Numbered from the stretch's first letter, positions 1 to 9,650 are shown. The stretch: DNA of 25,661 nt from a virus (IMGVR_UViG_3300049185_000033:1-25661), one strand, 5' to 3'. Numbers and translations are program-made. The notes: a model not told the origin generated them from the letters alone.

Positions 1-1
1 G

Positions 2-1468
2 ACCGCGCAGCAGCGCAGCCTGCTCGCCGCGCTCACCACCAACGACGTCGCCAGCTGGCAGGCCGACGGCCTGCACATCAACGCCGACACCGACGCTGGC
101 CTCGCCACTGTCATCGCCCGCAGCCGCGATGCCGCGCGCAACAACCCTTTCGCGCGGCGCTTCCTCGGCATGGTCCGCCGCAACGTGCTGGGCCCGCAGG
201 GCGTGCGCCTGCAGGTGCGCCTGCGAACCGAGGGCGGCCTCAAGACCGGCGTCAACGCCGCCATCGAGGGCGCCTACGGTGCCTGGGGCCGCCAGGGCGC
301 GTGCGACGTGACGGGCCGCTACACCCGTCAGGATCTCGACCGCCTGGCCCTGCGCCACGTGGCTGTCGACGGCAGCGTCTTCTGCCGCTTCCTTGCCGGC
401 CGCGGGCCGCACGGTCTGCAGCTGCAGCTGCTGCCCATCGACGTGCTGGCCCGGACCCACCGCGCCGACCTTGCCGACGGCGCCCGCATCCGCCAGGGCA
501 TCGAGGTCGACGCCTTCGGCGCCGTGCGCGCCTACTGGCTGCGCGGCACCGACCCCGCCGCGCTCGACCCGCTGGCGACCGCCCGCAACTTCGTGCGCGT
601 GCCCGCTGCCGAGATGCTGCACCTGCAGCTGCCCGATGAAGCCCTGCAGCTGCTCGGCGTGCCGTGGATGCAGGCCGGCCTCAAGCCCATGTACCAGGCG
701 GCCGACTTCGCCGCCTCCGGCCTCAACAAGGCGCGCGAGAGCGCCAAGCGCGGCGGCTTCTTCGAGATGCACCCGGACGCTGCGCCGCCCGCCGCCATGG
801 AAGACGGCAAGGCCGCCGACGGCACGCCATTCCAGACGCTGCAGGACGGCACTTGGGACGTGCTGCCACATGGCCTGAAGGCCTCGCCCTTCGAGAGCGA
901 CTACCCCAACATCGAATACGGCCAGTTCATCAAGGACTGCCTGCGCAACATCGCCAGCGCGCTCGAGGTCAGCTACATCAGCCTCGGCAACGACCTGAGC
1001 GACGTGAACTACTCCAGCGGCCAGCTGGGTCTGGGCGACGAACGCACGCTGTGGCTCGAGCTGCAGGAGTGGTTCGTCGCCCACTGGAGCCAGCCCATCT
1101 ATGAGCGCTGGTTGAAGTACGCCCTCGTGGCCGCGCCCGAGCTGTCGAGCCTCAGCTTCGCGCGCATCGACACCTACGCCGCGGCCGCGCGCTGGCAAAC
1201 CCACACCTGGCAGCCGCTGGACCCGCTCAAGACCATCGAAGCCCAGCGCAGCCGGCTGGAAGGCCGTATCACCAGCCCGCAGCGTGTCATGGCCGAGAAC
1301 GGCGACGACCCCGACGAGGTGCTCGCCGAGTGGGTCGAGTGGGACGAGAAGCTCACTGCCGCTGGCCTGGCCGGCGTCGATGACGAAGACCCCGAAGCAG
1401 CCGCCGCCGCCAAGGCCCGCCGCCTGCACCTCATCACCGGTGGCCTCGGCGCCACCGGCACGGAGTGA
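2..1468 (+). CDS. Phage portal protein, lambda family (5'-truncated by window edge)
   Basis: Frame of ORF 170..1468 is open back to base 2 (…VIARSRDAARNNPFARRF). Lambda-portal motifs RQGIEVDAFGAVRAYW, DLSDVNYSS, PLDPLK and GDDPDEV are present, directly upstream of the protease/capsid gene. Confidence 0.93.
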   Translation, partial: TAQQRSLLAALTTNDVASWQADGLHINADTDAGLATVIARSRDAARNNPFARRFLGMVRRNVLGPQGVRLQVRLRTEGGLKTGVNAAIEGAYGAWGRQGACDVTGRYTRQDLDRLALRHVAVDGSVFCRFLAGRGPHGLQLQLLPIDVLARTHRADLADGARIRQGIEVDAFGAVRAYWLRGTDPAALDPLATARNFVRVPAAEMLHLQLPDEALQLLGVPWMQAGLKPMYQAADFAASGLNKARESAKRGGFFEMHPDAAPPAAMEDGKAADGTPFQTLQDGTWDVLPHGLKASPFESDYPNIEYGQFIKDCLRNIASALEVSYISLGNDLSDVNYSSGQLGLGDERTLWLELQEWFVAHWSQPIYERWLKYALVAAPELSSLSFARIDTYAAAARWQTHTWQPLDPLKTIEAQRSRLEGRITSPQRVMAENGDDPDEVLAEWVEWDEKLTAAGLAGVDDEDPEAAAAAKARRLHLITGGLGATGTE

Positions 1469-1471
1469 CCC

Positions 1472-3439
1472 ATGCCCACCATCATTGACCGCAACACCCT
1501 GCCCGACAACGTCCGCAAGGCCCTCGCCGAGCCGCAGAAGCGCGCCATGGTCTATGAGCGCGGCGCCATCGACAAAGAGGCCCGCACTGTCGAACTGTGC
1601 TTCGCCAGCGATGCGCCCTATGAGCGCTGGTGGGGCGTCGAGATCCTCGATTGCACCGGCTCGGCGGTGAACCTGGAGCGGCTCAACAACCGCCACCCGC
1701 TGCTGCTGGACCACAACACACGCGATCAGATCGGCGTCGTGGAAAAGGCCTGGGTCGACAGCGACCGCAAGTGCCGCGCCACCGTCAAGTTCAGCCGCTC
1801 GGCCCGCGCCGAGGAAATCTTCCAGGACGTGCTCGACGGCATCCGCGAGCTCGTCTCGGTCGGCTACTCCATCGACGACATGGTGCTGGAGAGCCGCACC
1901 GACGACGAAGCCACCTACCGCGTCACTGCGTGGACCCCCTACGAGGTGTCCATCGTGTCCATCCCCGCCGACGCCTCCGTGGGCGTGGGCCGTTCCCTGG
2001 CCGCCGAGGCCGCAACCGCTCAACCCAAGGAGACCCGCACCATGAGCGATCCCGTCACCACCGCCCCGGCGCCCGCACCCGCGCCGGACATCCGCGTCAT
2101 CGCCAGCCAGGCCGCCACGGCCGAACGCGAGCGCGCCAACGCCATCCGCGCCATGGGCCACGCCCACAGCCTGGCCGATGAAGCCACCGCCGCCATCAAC
2201 GACGGCGCCAGCGTCGACGCCTTCCGCGAGCTGGTGCTCAAGAAGCTCGAGGAGCGCGGCAAGATCAAGCCCACCGTCAGCCCCGAGCTGGGCCTGAGCG
2301 AGCGCGAGCAGCAGCGGTTCAGCATGACGCGTCTCATGTATGCGCTGCTGGAGCCGAACGACAAGGAAGCCCAGAAGCGCGCCGCCTTCGAAATCGAGTG
2401 CTCGGTGGAGGCCCGCAAGCTGCGCCCGCTGGACGAGAAGGCCGAAAACTACGCACACCGCCAAGCCGGCTACACCGTGCCGGTCGATGTGCTCAAGGGC
2501 AGCATCGCCCGCGAGGCCAAGGTGGCCGAGGCCGTGCGCGCCATGCTGGCGCAGCGTGACCTGACGGTCGGCACCGCCACCGCCGGCGGCAACCTGGTCG
2601 CTACCGACCTGCTGGCCGGCAGTTTCATCGACCTGCTTCGCAACCGCATGGTGTTGGCCCAGCTTGGCGCCACGGTGCTGGACGGCCTCACCGGCAACAT
2701 CGCCATCCCGAGCCAGACGGCCGGCGCCAGCACCTACTGGGTGGCCGAAGGCGTGAACGTCACCGAGAGCCAGGCGGCATTCGGCCAGGTCACGCTGACG
2801 CCCAAGACTGTCGGCATGTTCACCGACTTCAGCCGCAAGACGCTGCTGCAAACCACGCCTGCCATCGAGGCGCTGGTGCGGGCGGACCTGGCCAACGGCA
2901 TCGCGGCCGAGATCGACCGTGTCGGCCTGTGCGGCAGCGGCAGCGGCGCCGAGCCGCGCGGTGTGATCAACACCGCCGGCATCGGCGCTGTGGCGGGGGG
3001 CACCAACGGCGCAGCGCCCACCTACCCGCACATGGTTGGCCTGGAAGAGGCCGTCGGCATCGCCAACGCCGACGTGGGTGGCATGAGCTACGTGAGCAAC
3101 GCCAAGATGCGCGCGCAGCTCAAGCTCACGCAGGTGTTCAGCGGCACCAGCGGCGAGCCGGTGTGGAAGGGCGACGAGGTCAACGGCTACCGCGCCGTGG
3201 CTACCAACAGCATGCCCAGCAACCTCACCAAGGGCACGGCCAACGGCGTCTGTTCAGCCATCGCCTTCGGCAATTGGAGCGACCTGCTGCTGGGCTTCTG
3301 GAGCGGGCTGGACTTGATCCTCGACCCGTATGCGCTGGCCACCCAGGGCGGCCGCCGCATCGTCGCGCTGCAGGACTGCGACACGGCCGTGCGCCGCGCC
3401 GCCAGCTTCGCGGCCATGTTGGACGCGCTGCGCGTCTGA
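1472..3439 (+). CDS. Fused HK97-type prohead protease plus major capsid protein
   Basis: N-terminal protease motifs PLLLDHN, VSVGY and PYEVSIVSIPAD. C-terminal HK97-fold capsid signatures AGGNLVATDLLAGSFIDLLRN, YWVAEG, TLTPKTVG, GSGSGAEPRG and AFGNWSDL. Confidence 0.93.
   Translation: MPTIIDRNTLPDNVRKALAEPQKRAMVYERGAIDKEARTVELCFASDAPYERWWGVEILDCTGSAVNLERLNNRHPLLLDHNTRDQIGVVEKAWVDSDRKCRATVKFSRSARAEEIFQDVLDGIRELVSVGYSIDDMVLESRTDDEATYRVTAWTPYEVSIVSIPADASVGVGRSLAAEAATAQPKETRTMSDPVTTAPAPAPAPDIRVIASQAATAERERANAIRAMGHAHSLADEATAAINDGASVDAFRELVLKKLEERGKIKPTVSPELGLSEREQQRFSMTRLMYALLEPNDKEAQKRAAFEIECSVEARKLRPLDEKAENYAHRQAGYTVPVDVLKGSIAREAKVAEAVRAMLAQRDLTVGTATAGGNLVATDLLAGSFIDLLRNRMVLAQLGATVLDGLTGNIAIPSQTAGASTYWVAEGVNVTESQAAFGQVTLTPKTVGMFTDFSRKTLLQTTPAIEALVRADLANGIAAEIDRVGLCGSGSGAEPRGVINTAGIGAVAGGTNGAAPTYPHMVGLEEAVGIANADVGGMSYVSNAKMRAQLKLTQVFSGTSGEPVWKGDEVNGYRAVATNSMPSNLTKGTANGVCSAIAFGNWSDLLLGFWSGLDLILDPYALATQGGRRIVALQDCDTAVRRAASFAAMLDALRV
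2027..2044 (+). promoter_or_regulatory. Internal ribosome-binding site and in-frame ATG (Met191) for a capsid/scaffold-only product
   Basis: AAGGAG at 2027-2032 lies 9 nt before in-frame ATG 2042, at the protease/scaffold boundary. Confidence 0.65.
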
Positions 3440-3450
3440 CGAGCCAGCAA

Positions 3451-3472
3451 CCGGCGCCGAACCCGGCGCCGG
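3451..3472 (+). other. 9-bp GC-rich hairpin downstream of the capsid gene (no U-tract)
   Basis: CCGGCGCCG-aacc-CGGCGCCGG perfect inverted repeat in the intergenic gap. Confidence 0.5.
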
Positions 3473-3500
3473 GCCTCGCCCACCTCACCGAGAGCCCCAA

Positions 3501-3773
3501 ATGAAGATCCTCGTCACCCAAGACACCTTCGCCCCGTCGCTCGACGGCCCCACCTTCATCAGCGTCAACGAAGTCATCGACATCGAGCCCGACCACGGCC
3601 ACGCCATCGTCGTCGCTGGCAAGGGCCTCTACGTCGACGCGAAGGACGCCAAGGGTCGTCCGGCCCATCTGGTGGCCAGCGACAAGCGCCTGAAGGCCGC
3701 CGCCGAGCTGCGCGCTGCCGCCGTGGCCGAAGCCAAGGCCAAGGCGAAGAAGCCCGAGAAGACCGAGGCCTGA
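3501..3773 (+). CDS. Small hypothetical protein of the head module
   Basis: ATG 3501 (MKILVTQDTF…), codon usage like neighbours, Lys/Ala-rich tail. Typical slot after a capsid gene. Confidence 0.7.
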   Translation: MKILVTQDTFAPSLDGPTFISVNEVIDIEPDHGHAIVVAGKGLYVDAKDAKGRPAHLVASDKRLKAAAELRAAAVAEAKAKAKKPEKTEA

Positions 3774-3778
3774 TCGCC

Positions 3779-4051
3779 ATGCCGTTCGACGACGACCTCG
3801 CCGCCATGCTCGCCGACGCCGGCGAAGCCATGACGCTCGCCGGCCAGCCCATCCACGGGCTGTTCGACGCCGCGGGCGAGGTCGTGCTCGACGGCATCGT
3901 CACCACCGCCACCACGGCCGAGGTGCTCGCCACCGTTGGCGCGCAGGCCGGCCAGACGCTGGTGCGCCATGGCGTGAGCTACCTCGTGCGCCAGGCGCTG
4001 CCCGTGCCGCCCGATGGCGCGCTGGTGCAACTCATCCTCGCCAAGGCCTGA
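3779..4051 (+). CDS. Head-tail joining/closure protein (gpFII-like)
   Basis: 90 aa (MPFDDDLAAMLADAG…PDGALVQLIL), small beta-rich protein. Assigned mainly by synteny. Confidence 0.65.
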   Translation: MPFDDDLAAMLADAGEAMTLAGQPIHGLFDAAGEVVLDGIVTTATTAEVLATVGAQAGQTLVRHGVSYLVRQALPVPPDGALVQLILAKA

Positions 4052-4056
4052 CACCC

Positions 4057-4494
4057 ATGCTCGCCGCCGCCCAAGTCCGCCAAATCGTCGCGCAGCGCCT
4101 GCAAGCCTGCGCGCTCACCGCCGGCCGCGTGTTCGAGGGCCGCTACCACCCGGCCGCCGAGACCGAGCTGCCGTGCTGGTTCGTCGCCATCGAAAGCGAA
4201 GACGTGCAAGCCGAAGGCATCACCTGGCCTTCGCTCTTGCAGCACAGCCTGCGCATCCGCGCCGACGGCTTCGTGGCCAGCGCCACGCAGCTCGAAACCC
4301 TCTTCGACACGCTGCAGGTCCAGGGCCTGCAGGCCCTCTTCAGCGTGCAGCCGCCGTTCAACCTGCACTGCATCGGCACCCGCCGCCGCGTCGACGACGA
4401 CGGCACCCAGGCCGCCCGACTGGGTGCCCTGACCCTGCACCTCGAGGCCGTCTTCCATGGCGTCGAGGGTGAGCCCGAGACCCTCATCCCCTGA
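4057..4494 (+). CDS. Tail terminator/completion protein (gpU-like)
   Basis: QVRQIVAQRL…GRVFEGR…ELPCW pattern, immediately upstream of the tail tube gene. Confidence 0.65.
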   Translation: MLAAAQVRQIVAQRLQACALTAGRVFEGRYHPAAETELPCWFVAIESEDVQAEGITWPSLLQHSLRIRADGFVASATQLETLFDTLQVQGLQALFSVQPPFNLHCIGTRRRVDDDGTQAARLGALTLHLEAVFHGVEGEPETLIP

Positions 4495-4516
4495 CCCCAT
4501 CACAGGAGCCCCCACC

Positions 4517-5152
4517 ATGTCTTACAACACCCTCATCGGCGCGCAGTTCTTCCTGAGCACCACGCTGGAAGGCGCCAAGGTCGTCAGCGCCATCAGCAAC
4601 GCCGCGCCGCCCGTCGTGTCGTCCGCGGCCCACGGCTACGCCAACAACGACGAGATCCTCATCCTGAACAACTGGGATGACTTCAATGAGTCCGTCGTGC
4701 GCGCGTCGGCCGTCGCTGCCAACGCCTTTTCCATCGCCGGTTACGACTCGACGAACACCGACTTCTACCCGGTCGCCAGCGCCGTCGGCACCGCGCAGAA
4801 GATCGCCGGTTGGACGAGCATCGGCCAGGTCCTTGGCGTCACGCCCAGCGGTGGCGAAGCCAGCTTCGAAGAGGTCAAGCCCTTCGACCGCCGCAACGCC
4901 GTCAAGCTGTTCACCGGCTTCAGCGGCGCCAGCCTGGAGCTGACGCTCGGCTGGGACCGCTCGCGGGCCGACCAGCAGGCCATGCAGGCCGCGTCGCGCA
5001 TTGGCGGCAAGAAGGCCATCAAGTTCGTGCTGCCCGGCGGCATCTACGGCTACGCCTACGGCACGGTCAGCGCCTCTTCGCTGCCCGTCTTCGAGTCGGT
5101 CATGAAGCAGAAGGTCGTCATCACGATGGCCGGCGCGTTCACCAGCTTCTGA
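4517..5152 (+). CDS. Major tail tube protein
   Basis: AGGAG RBS then ATG 4517. ISNAAPPVVSSAAHG, WTSIGQVLGVTPSGGE and FVLPGG…YAYG motifs resemble proteobacterial siphovirus tail tubes (Phage_tail_3-like). Confidence 0.85.
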   Translation: MSYNTLIGAQFFLSTTLEGAKVVSAISNAAPPVVSSAAHGYANNDEILILNNWDDFNESVVRASAVAANAFSIAGYDSTNTDFYPVASAVGTAQKIAGWTSIGQVLGVTPSGGEASFEEVKPFDRRNAVKLFTGFSGASLELTLGWDRSRADQQAMQAASRIGGKKAIKFVLPGGIYGYAYGTVSASSLPVFESVMKQKVVITMAGAFTSF

Positions 5153-5160
5153 GCGGCACC

Positions 5161-5520
5161 ATGAGCGCCACCTACAAGCTGGTCGTTGGCGACCGCGTCG
5201 AGTTCGACGTCAAGTTCACGCTGAACGATGGCGGCGAAGACAAGCCCTTCGGCATGCGCCTGTCCGCCAAGCGCCAGCCGCTGGGCGAGCAGGAGCGCGA
5301 GCTTGGCGAGCAGGTCAAGGTGCAGGAGTTCCTCGCCGCCCGCGGCGTGGCCCTGCAATCCTGGATCGGCAAGCCCCCGCTGCAGGACGCCGAAGGCGCC
5401 CCGGTGCCGCCCGGCCCCGAGGCGCTGGACGCGCTGTACCGCCTGGTGGGTGGCATGGTGTCGCTGGTGTTCGCAGGCTACCTGCGCGCCAGCGGCGCCG
5501 TTGGCGCCTCGGGAAACTGA
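5161..5520 (+). CDS. Tail assembly chaperone (gpG analogue)
   Basis: ATG 5161, between tail tube and tape measure. Ends at slippery G GGA AAC TGA. Confidence 0.8.
   Translation: MSATYKLVVGDRVEFDVKFTLNDGGEDKPFGMRLSAKRQPLGEQERELGEQVKVQEFLAARGVALQSWIGKPPLQDAEGAPVPPGPEALDALYRLVGGMVSLVFAGYLRASGAVGASGN
5511..5517 (+). other. Programmed -1 ribosomal frameshift heptamer GGGAAAC
   Basis: X XXY YYZ in the correct phase just before the stop. The -1 frame is open from 5511 to 5930. Confidence 0.85.
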
Positions 5521-5930
5521 CGCGGCTGGCGACGCTGCTGGCCGCCAACGAGATCGACCTCGGCCCACCCGATGAGCCCCTCGACGACGCCCCACCCGAC
5601 GACCGCGCCGCGGTCGGCCTCGCCCGCCTGGCAGCGCTCGCCCGGCAGCGTGGGGCGGCGCCCATCGAGCGGCCCGAGTTCGTGCTGCTGCACGAGAACG
5701 TGCCGGTGCTGCGGCTGTGGGGCGCCGTGCAAACCCAGTGGGCCCACGGCCCGCTCGGGCCCACGGGGTTCCAGTGGCACAGCCTGCGGCTGCACCCCGA
5801 CGTGCGCTGCATCCCCGCGGCCGAGCGCGAGCCGCTGCTTCAGGGCCTCGCCGTCATGGAGCGCGCCTGGCTGGCGCAACGCCACCTCATGCAAGCCGCC
5901 GAAGCGCGCGGCAAGGGTCTAGGAGCCTGA
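5511..5930 (+). CDS. Frameshift-extension domain of tail chaperone (gpT analogue, DUF1799-like); full product 5161..5930, 256 aa
   Basis: -1 frame reads GKLTRLATLLAANEIDL…ENVPVLRLWGAVQTQW…GPTGFQW…GLAVMERAWL. Confidence 0.8.
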   Translation, partial: GKLTRLATLLAANEIDLGPPDEPLDDAPPDDRAAVGLARLAALARQRGAAPIERPEFVLLHENVPVLRLWGAVQTQWAHGPLGPTGFQWHSLRLHPDVRCIPAAEREPLLQGLAVMERAWLAQRHLMQAAEARGKGLGA

Positions 5931-5933
5931 CAC

Positions 5934-8900
5934 GTGGCAGCAGCCGACCTCACCATCCTTCTCGCCATCCAGGGCGCCGACCAGGTGCAGTCCGGCGCCA
6001 ACAGGGCCGCCGACAGCCTGAAGCGCCTCGGCCAGACCGGCCAGCAGGCCGGCCAACAGGCGCAACTTTCGGGCCAGCAGATGGCACAGGTCAGCGCTCA
6101 GCTGCAGGATCTATTCGTTCAGATCCAGGGCGGCCAGGCGCCGCTGACGGCTCTGCTGCAGCAGGGGTCGCAGCTCACCACCGTATTCGGCAGTGTGGGC
6201 GGGGCGCTGCGCGCGGTGGGCGGTTTTGCGGCATCGGTCGTCAACCCGTTCACCATCGCTGGCGCCGCAGTGGCAGCGCTCGGCGTGGCTTATGTGCAGG
6301 GTCAGGCAGAAGCTCAGGCGTATGCGCGCGCACTGGTGTTGAGTGGTAACGCGGCCGGCGTCACTGTCGGTCAACTGCAGGCCATGGCCGCCGCGCAATC
6401 GCAGGTGATCGGCACGCAAGGGCAGGCGGCTGATGCGCTGACTGCTTTGGCTGCCACTGGAAGGGTATCTGCCGAAGGTCTCGGGACCGCTGCCGAGGCG
6501 GCCGTCCGTCTGGCGCGGGCCGGCATTCCGTTGGAAGAGACGGCCAAGAAATTCGCCAGCCTCGGCAAGGAGCCGCTCAAGGCGCTCATTGATCTCAACG
6601 ACGCTGAAAACTTCCTAACCGCATCGGTCTACAAGCAGGTCAAGGCCTTGAGCGAGAACGGCCGGACGGCAGAGGCTGTAGCGGCGGCCCAGGCCGAGTA
6701 CTCGCGCGTAGGTATTGAACGCGCCAAGAAGCTCGAAGCCCAGCTCGGCACGCTGGAGAGGGCGTGGCTCAGCGTCGGCAAGGGCGCGAAGGATGCGTGG
6801 GATGCAATGCTCAACGTGGGCCGCCCGGGCTCGGTCGAAACCGAACTGGCAAGGGCCGAAGCCTACTCCGCCAAGCTGCGCAAGGCCCTTGCTGGAGACG
6901 GCCTGGCAGGGCCGCGGCCCACGTTCGAAGCAACTTTCGGTGGGCGAAGCATCGAGCAACAGCTGCGCGACAACGACGCCCTGATTGCCCGACTGCGCGA
7001 GTCGGTCAAGCTCGGCCAGGACGTTGCCTCGGTCGAGGCTCGCCATGCTGCGGCCATCAAGAACACCATCAAGGCCGACGAAGAGGCCGCAAAGGCCGTT
7101 GGCAAGCTCGCCGCTGAGCGCGAGCGCGAAGCAGCCGCGCTGGAGCGCGCCGTCGGCCTGTCGGGCAGCTACCAGAAGGATCTGCAGGAGTTGTCCCAGC
7201 TGCGCGAGCGCGGCAAGCTCACCGAGGAGCAGTACGTCGCCGCGGTGCAGAAGCTCATCACGGCGCAGCCGGTGATCCGCGAGCAGCTGCAGGCGCAGGC
7301 CACCGCCGCCCAGCTTTTGGCGGACGCCGAGGAGCGTGGTCTGGAGATGTACGCGCGCAAGATCGCGGCCCTTGAACAGAGTGCTGAGGCCGTGGCCAAG
7401 CAGGTTCAGCGCCATCGTGACGAGGAGGCCGCGCTCGAGCTCGCCGCCAGCCAGAACGTGGCTCTGGCCACTGCCATCGAACTCGTCACGGCGAATCGCC
7501 TCGAGGAGGCTCGCGCCAAAGCCGCGGCGGCGAACGACGGCGCTACCGCCGCCGCGCTACAGCGCGAGATCGACGCTCGCCGCGAGCTGGCCCAGCTCCT
7601 CGGCAACAAGGAAACCCGCGCCGTAGCCAAGAAGAACGCCGAGGACGCCGCCCGCGAGTGGAAGCGCGCCACCGGTGACATGGAGCGCTCGCTCACGGAT
7701 GCGCTGATGCGCGGCTTCGAGAGCGGCAAGGGCTTTGCCATCACCTTGCGCGACACCATCGTCAACATGTTCAAGACGATGGTGCTGCGGCCAGTCGTGC
7801 AGGCCATCGTGCAGCCCGTGGCGAACTCGCTGACGGGATGGCTGCAGGGCGGCTCTGGGGGCGGCATTGGCAGCATCGCGCAGCTGATCGGTGGCGCCGG
7901 CAGCTTGACAGGCTCCTCCTGGTTGTCGGCCTTCGGCTCTGGCATGGGCCTCAACGGCAGCCAGGCCTTGGCTGCGTCTCGCGCCTACACGCAGGCCGGC
8001 ATGTCCGGCACCGGCAGCGCCATCAGTGCCGGCGCGGGCGTTGCCGCCTTCGCGCCGTATGCCGCATTGATCGCCATGGCCATGGGCGCGGCCGACGGCG
8101 CCTACGCCAAGGGGTTCAACCAGCGCACCTTCTCGTACACCGATGCGTGGCTCAAGACGGCCATGCTCACGCCGTTCATCGCTCCGCCCACCATGAAGAT
8201 GGACACCAATGCGCTGGTGGGCCTGGGCGTCAATGAGCGCCTGGCCAATGTCATCACCGGCGCGTCGTTGTGGAGCCGGGCCTTTGGCCGCAGCTCGCCG
8301 CAATTGCAAGGGCAGGGCATCACCGGCACCATCAATTCGGGCGGCTTCACTGGCCAGGCCTATGCGGACTGGCTGCAGAAGGGCGGCTGGTTCCGGTCCG
8401 ACAAGACGGGCACCGACTACAGCCCCATCAGCAAGCAGCTGGATGCCGAACTGGACCGCACCATCAGTGCGCTCTACAAGTCGGCCGGCGAGTACGCCAA
8501 AGTGCTGGGGCTGCCGGTGTCGGCGGTCAATGGGTACGCGGCGCAATTCAAGGTCGTCTGGGGGAAGTCGGAGGAAGAGAACAAGGCCGCGCTCGAAGCA
8601 GCCGTCGCCAACGTGGGCGAGCAGCTGGCCTCGCGCTACGCCGCCCAGCTCGCACCGCTGCAGCGCTACGGAGAGACGCTGGCCGGCACCTTGAGCCGCC
8701 TGTCCACGCTGCAGACCTTCTCGAACGGCCTGAACTCGCTGGGCGGCGTCTTCAGCCGCCTGGCGGCCACCAGCGTGACGGCGCGCGAGCACCTGATCGA
8801 CCTTGCCGGCGGCATGGATGCGCTCAACCAGCAGGCGCTGGGCTTTGTGCAGAACTACTACAACCGCGAAGAGATCGCCGGCTTGAAGGCCCGTGAGGTG

Positions 8901-9320
8901 CAGGGCGCGCTCGGCGCAGCTGGCGTGACGACCGAGGTCAACAGCCGCGAGCAGTTCCGCGCCTTGGTGGAAAGCCTGGATCCGAACAGCACCACCGGCC
9001 GCGAGCAGTTGGCCGCGCTGCTGGCGTTGCAGGGCAGCTTCGCGACCGTCTCCGACTACCTGACGGAATCCGGCCTGACCCTCAGCCAGGCCGCCGCCCT
9101 CGCGCCGGCCAACGACATGCTCAGCCCGCTGCTCAGCACGGTCAGCCAGCAGCTGCAGTTGGCCCAGCAGTCGATGGACGCGCAATACGAGACGCGCGAC
9201 GCCACGCTGCGCGTCGTCGACGCGGTTGCCACCTTGACCTCGACCATCCGCGAGCTCGGCGGCTCCTCCGGCGGCTGGATGCCCGGCTACCGCCAGCCCG
9301 AAGTGACCCAGGCGTACTGA
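5934..9320 (+). CDS. Tail tape measure protein, lambda family
   Basis: 1128 aa, Ala/Gln-rich and helical. QLQDLFVQIQGGQAPLTALLQQGSQL, LGTLERAW and AWDAMLNVGR motifs. AGGAG RBS before GTG. Confidence 0.93.
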   Translation: MAAADLTILLAIQGADQVQSGANRAADSLKRLGQTGQQAGQQAQLSGQQMAQVSAQLQDLFVQIQGGQAPLTALLQQGSQLTTVFGSVGGALRAVGGFAASVVNPFTIAGAAVAALGVAYVQGQAEAQAYARALVLSGNAAGVTVGQLQAMAAAQSQVIGTQGQAADALTALAATGRVSAEGLGTAAEAAVRLARAGIPLEETAKKFASLGKEPLKALIDLNDAENFLTASVYKQVKALSENGRTAEAVAAAQAEYSRVGIERAKKLEAQLGTLERAWLSVGKGAKDAWDAMLNVGRPGSVETELARAEAYSAKLRKALAGDGLAGPRPTFEATFGGRSIEQQLRDNDALIARLRESVKLGQDVASVEARHAAAIKNTIKADEEAAKAVGKLAAEREREAAALERAVGLSGSYQKDLQELSQLRERGKLTEEQYVAAVQKLITAQPVIREQLQAQATAAQLLADAEERGLEMYARKIAALEQSAEAVAKQVQRHRDEEAALELAASQNVALATAIELVTANRLEEARAKAAAANDGATAAALQREIDARRELAQLLGNKETRAVAKKNAEDAAREWKRATGDMERSLTDALMRGFESGKGFAITLRDTIVNMFKTMVLRPVVQAIVQPVANSLTGWLQGGSGGGIGSIAQLIGGAGSLTGSSWLSAFGSGMGLNGSQALAASRAYTQAGMSGTGSAISAGAGVAAFAPYAALIAMAMGAADGAYAKGFNQRTFSYTDAWLKTAMLTPFIAPPTMKMDTNALVGLGVNERLANVITGASLWSRAFGRSSPQLQGQGITGTINSGGFTGQAYADWLQKGGWFRSDKTGTDYSPISKQLDAELDRTISALYKSAGEYAKVLGLPVSAVNGYAAQFKVVWGKSEEENKAALEAAVANVGEQLASRYAAQLAPLQRYGETLAGTLSRLSTLQTFSNGLNSLGGVFSRLAATSVTAREHLIDLAGGMDALNQQALGFVQNYYNREEIAGLKAREVQGALGAAGVTTEVNSREQFRALVESLDPNSTTGREQLAALLALQGSFATVSDYLTESGLTLSQAAALAPANDMLSPLLSTVSQQLQLAQQSMDAQYETRDATLRVVDAVATLTSTIRELGGSSGGWMPGYRQPEVTQAY

Positions 9321-9326
9321 GGCCGC

Positions 9327-9650
9327 ATGCCCTACCCAACCACGTTCATGATCCTCGAGGAGAGCGAGGCCTCGCGCGGCGCCGGCATCGAGGCGCTGCG
9401 CGCGACCAACGGCCTTCTCAAGGTGCGCCGGCTGTACAGCGCCGACAAAACGGACTTCATCGTCGTGCACATGCTCACGCGCGCCGAGCGCGATGAGCTG
9501 ATGACGTTCTACGCAGCCAACGTCACCACGCAGTTCAGCTTCGCCTGGCCCGGCGACGGCGCAACCTACACGGTGCGCTTCAGCGCCGCACCGCAGGTCT
9601 GGCGCAAGGGTCTCTATTACCGCGCCACCGTGCGCCTGGCGGAGGTCTGA
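9327..9650 (+). CDS. Distal tail/minor tail protein (gpM-like)
   Basis: 107 aa directly after the tape measure. FSFAWP…YTVRF…ATVRLAEV pattern. Confidence 0.65.
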   Translation: MPYPTTFMILEESEASRGAGIEALRATNGLLKVRRLYSADKTDFIVVHMLTRAERDELMTFYAANVTTQFSFAWPGDGATYTVRFSAAPQVWRKGLYYRATVRLAEV

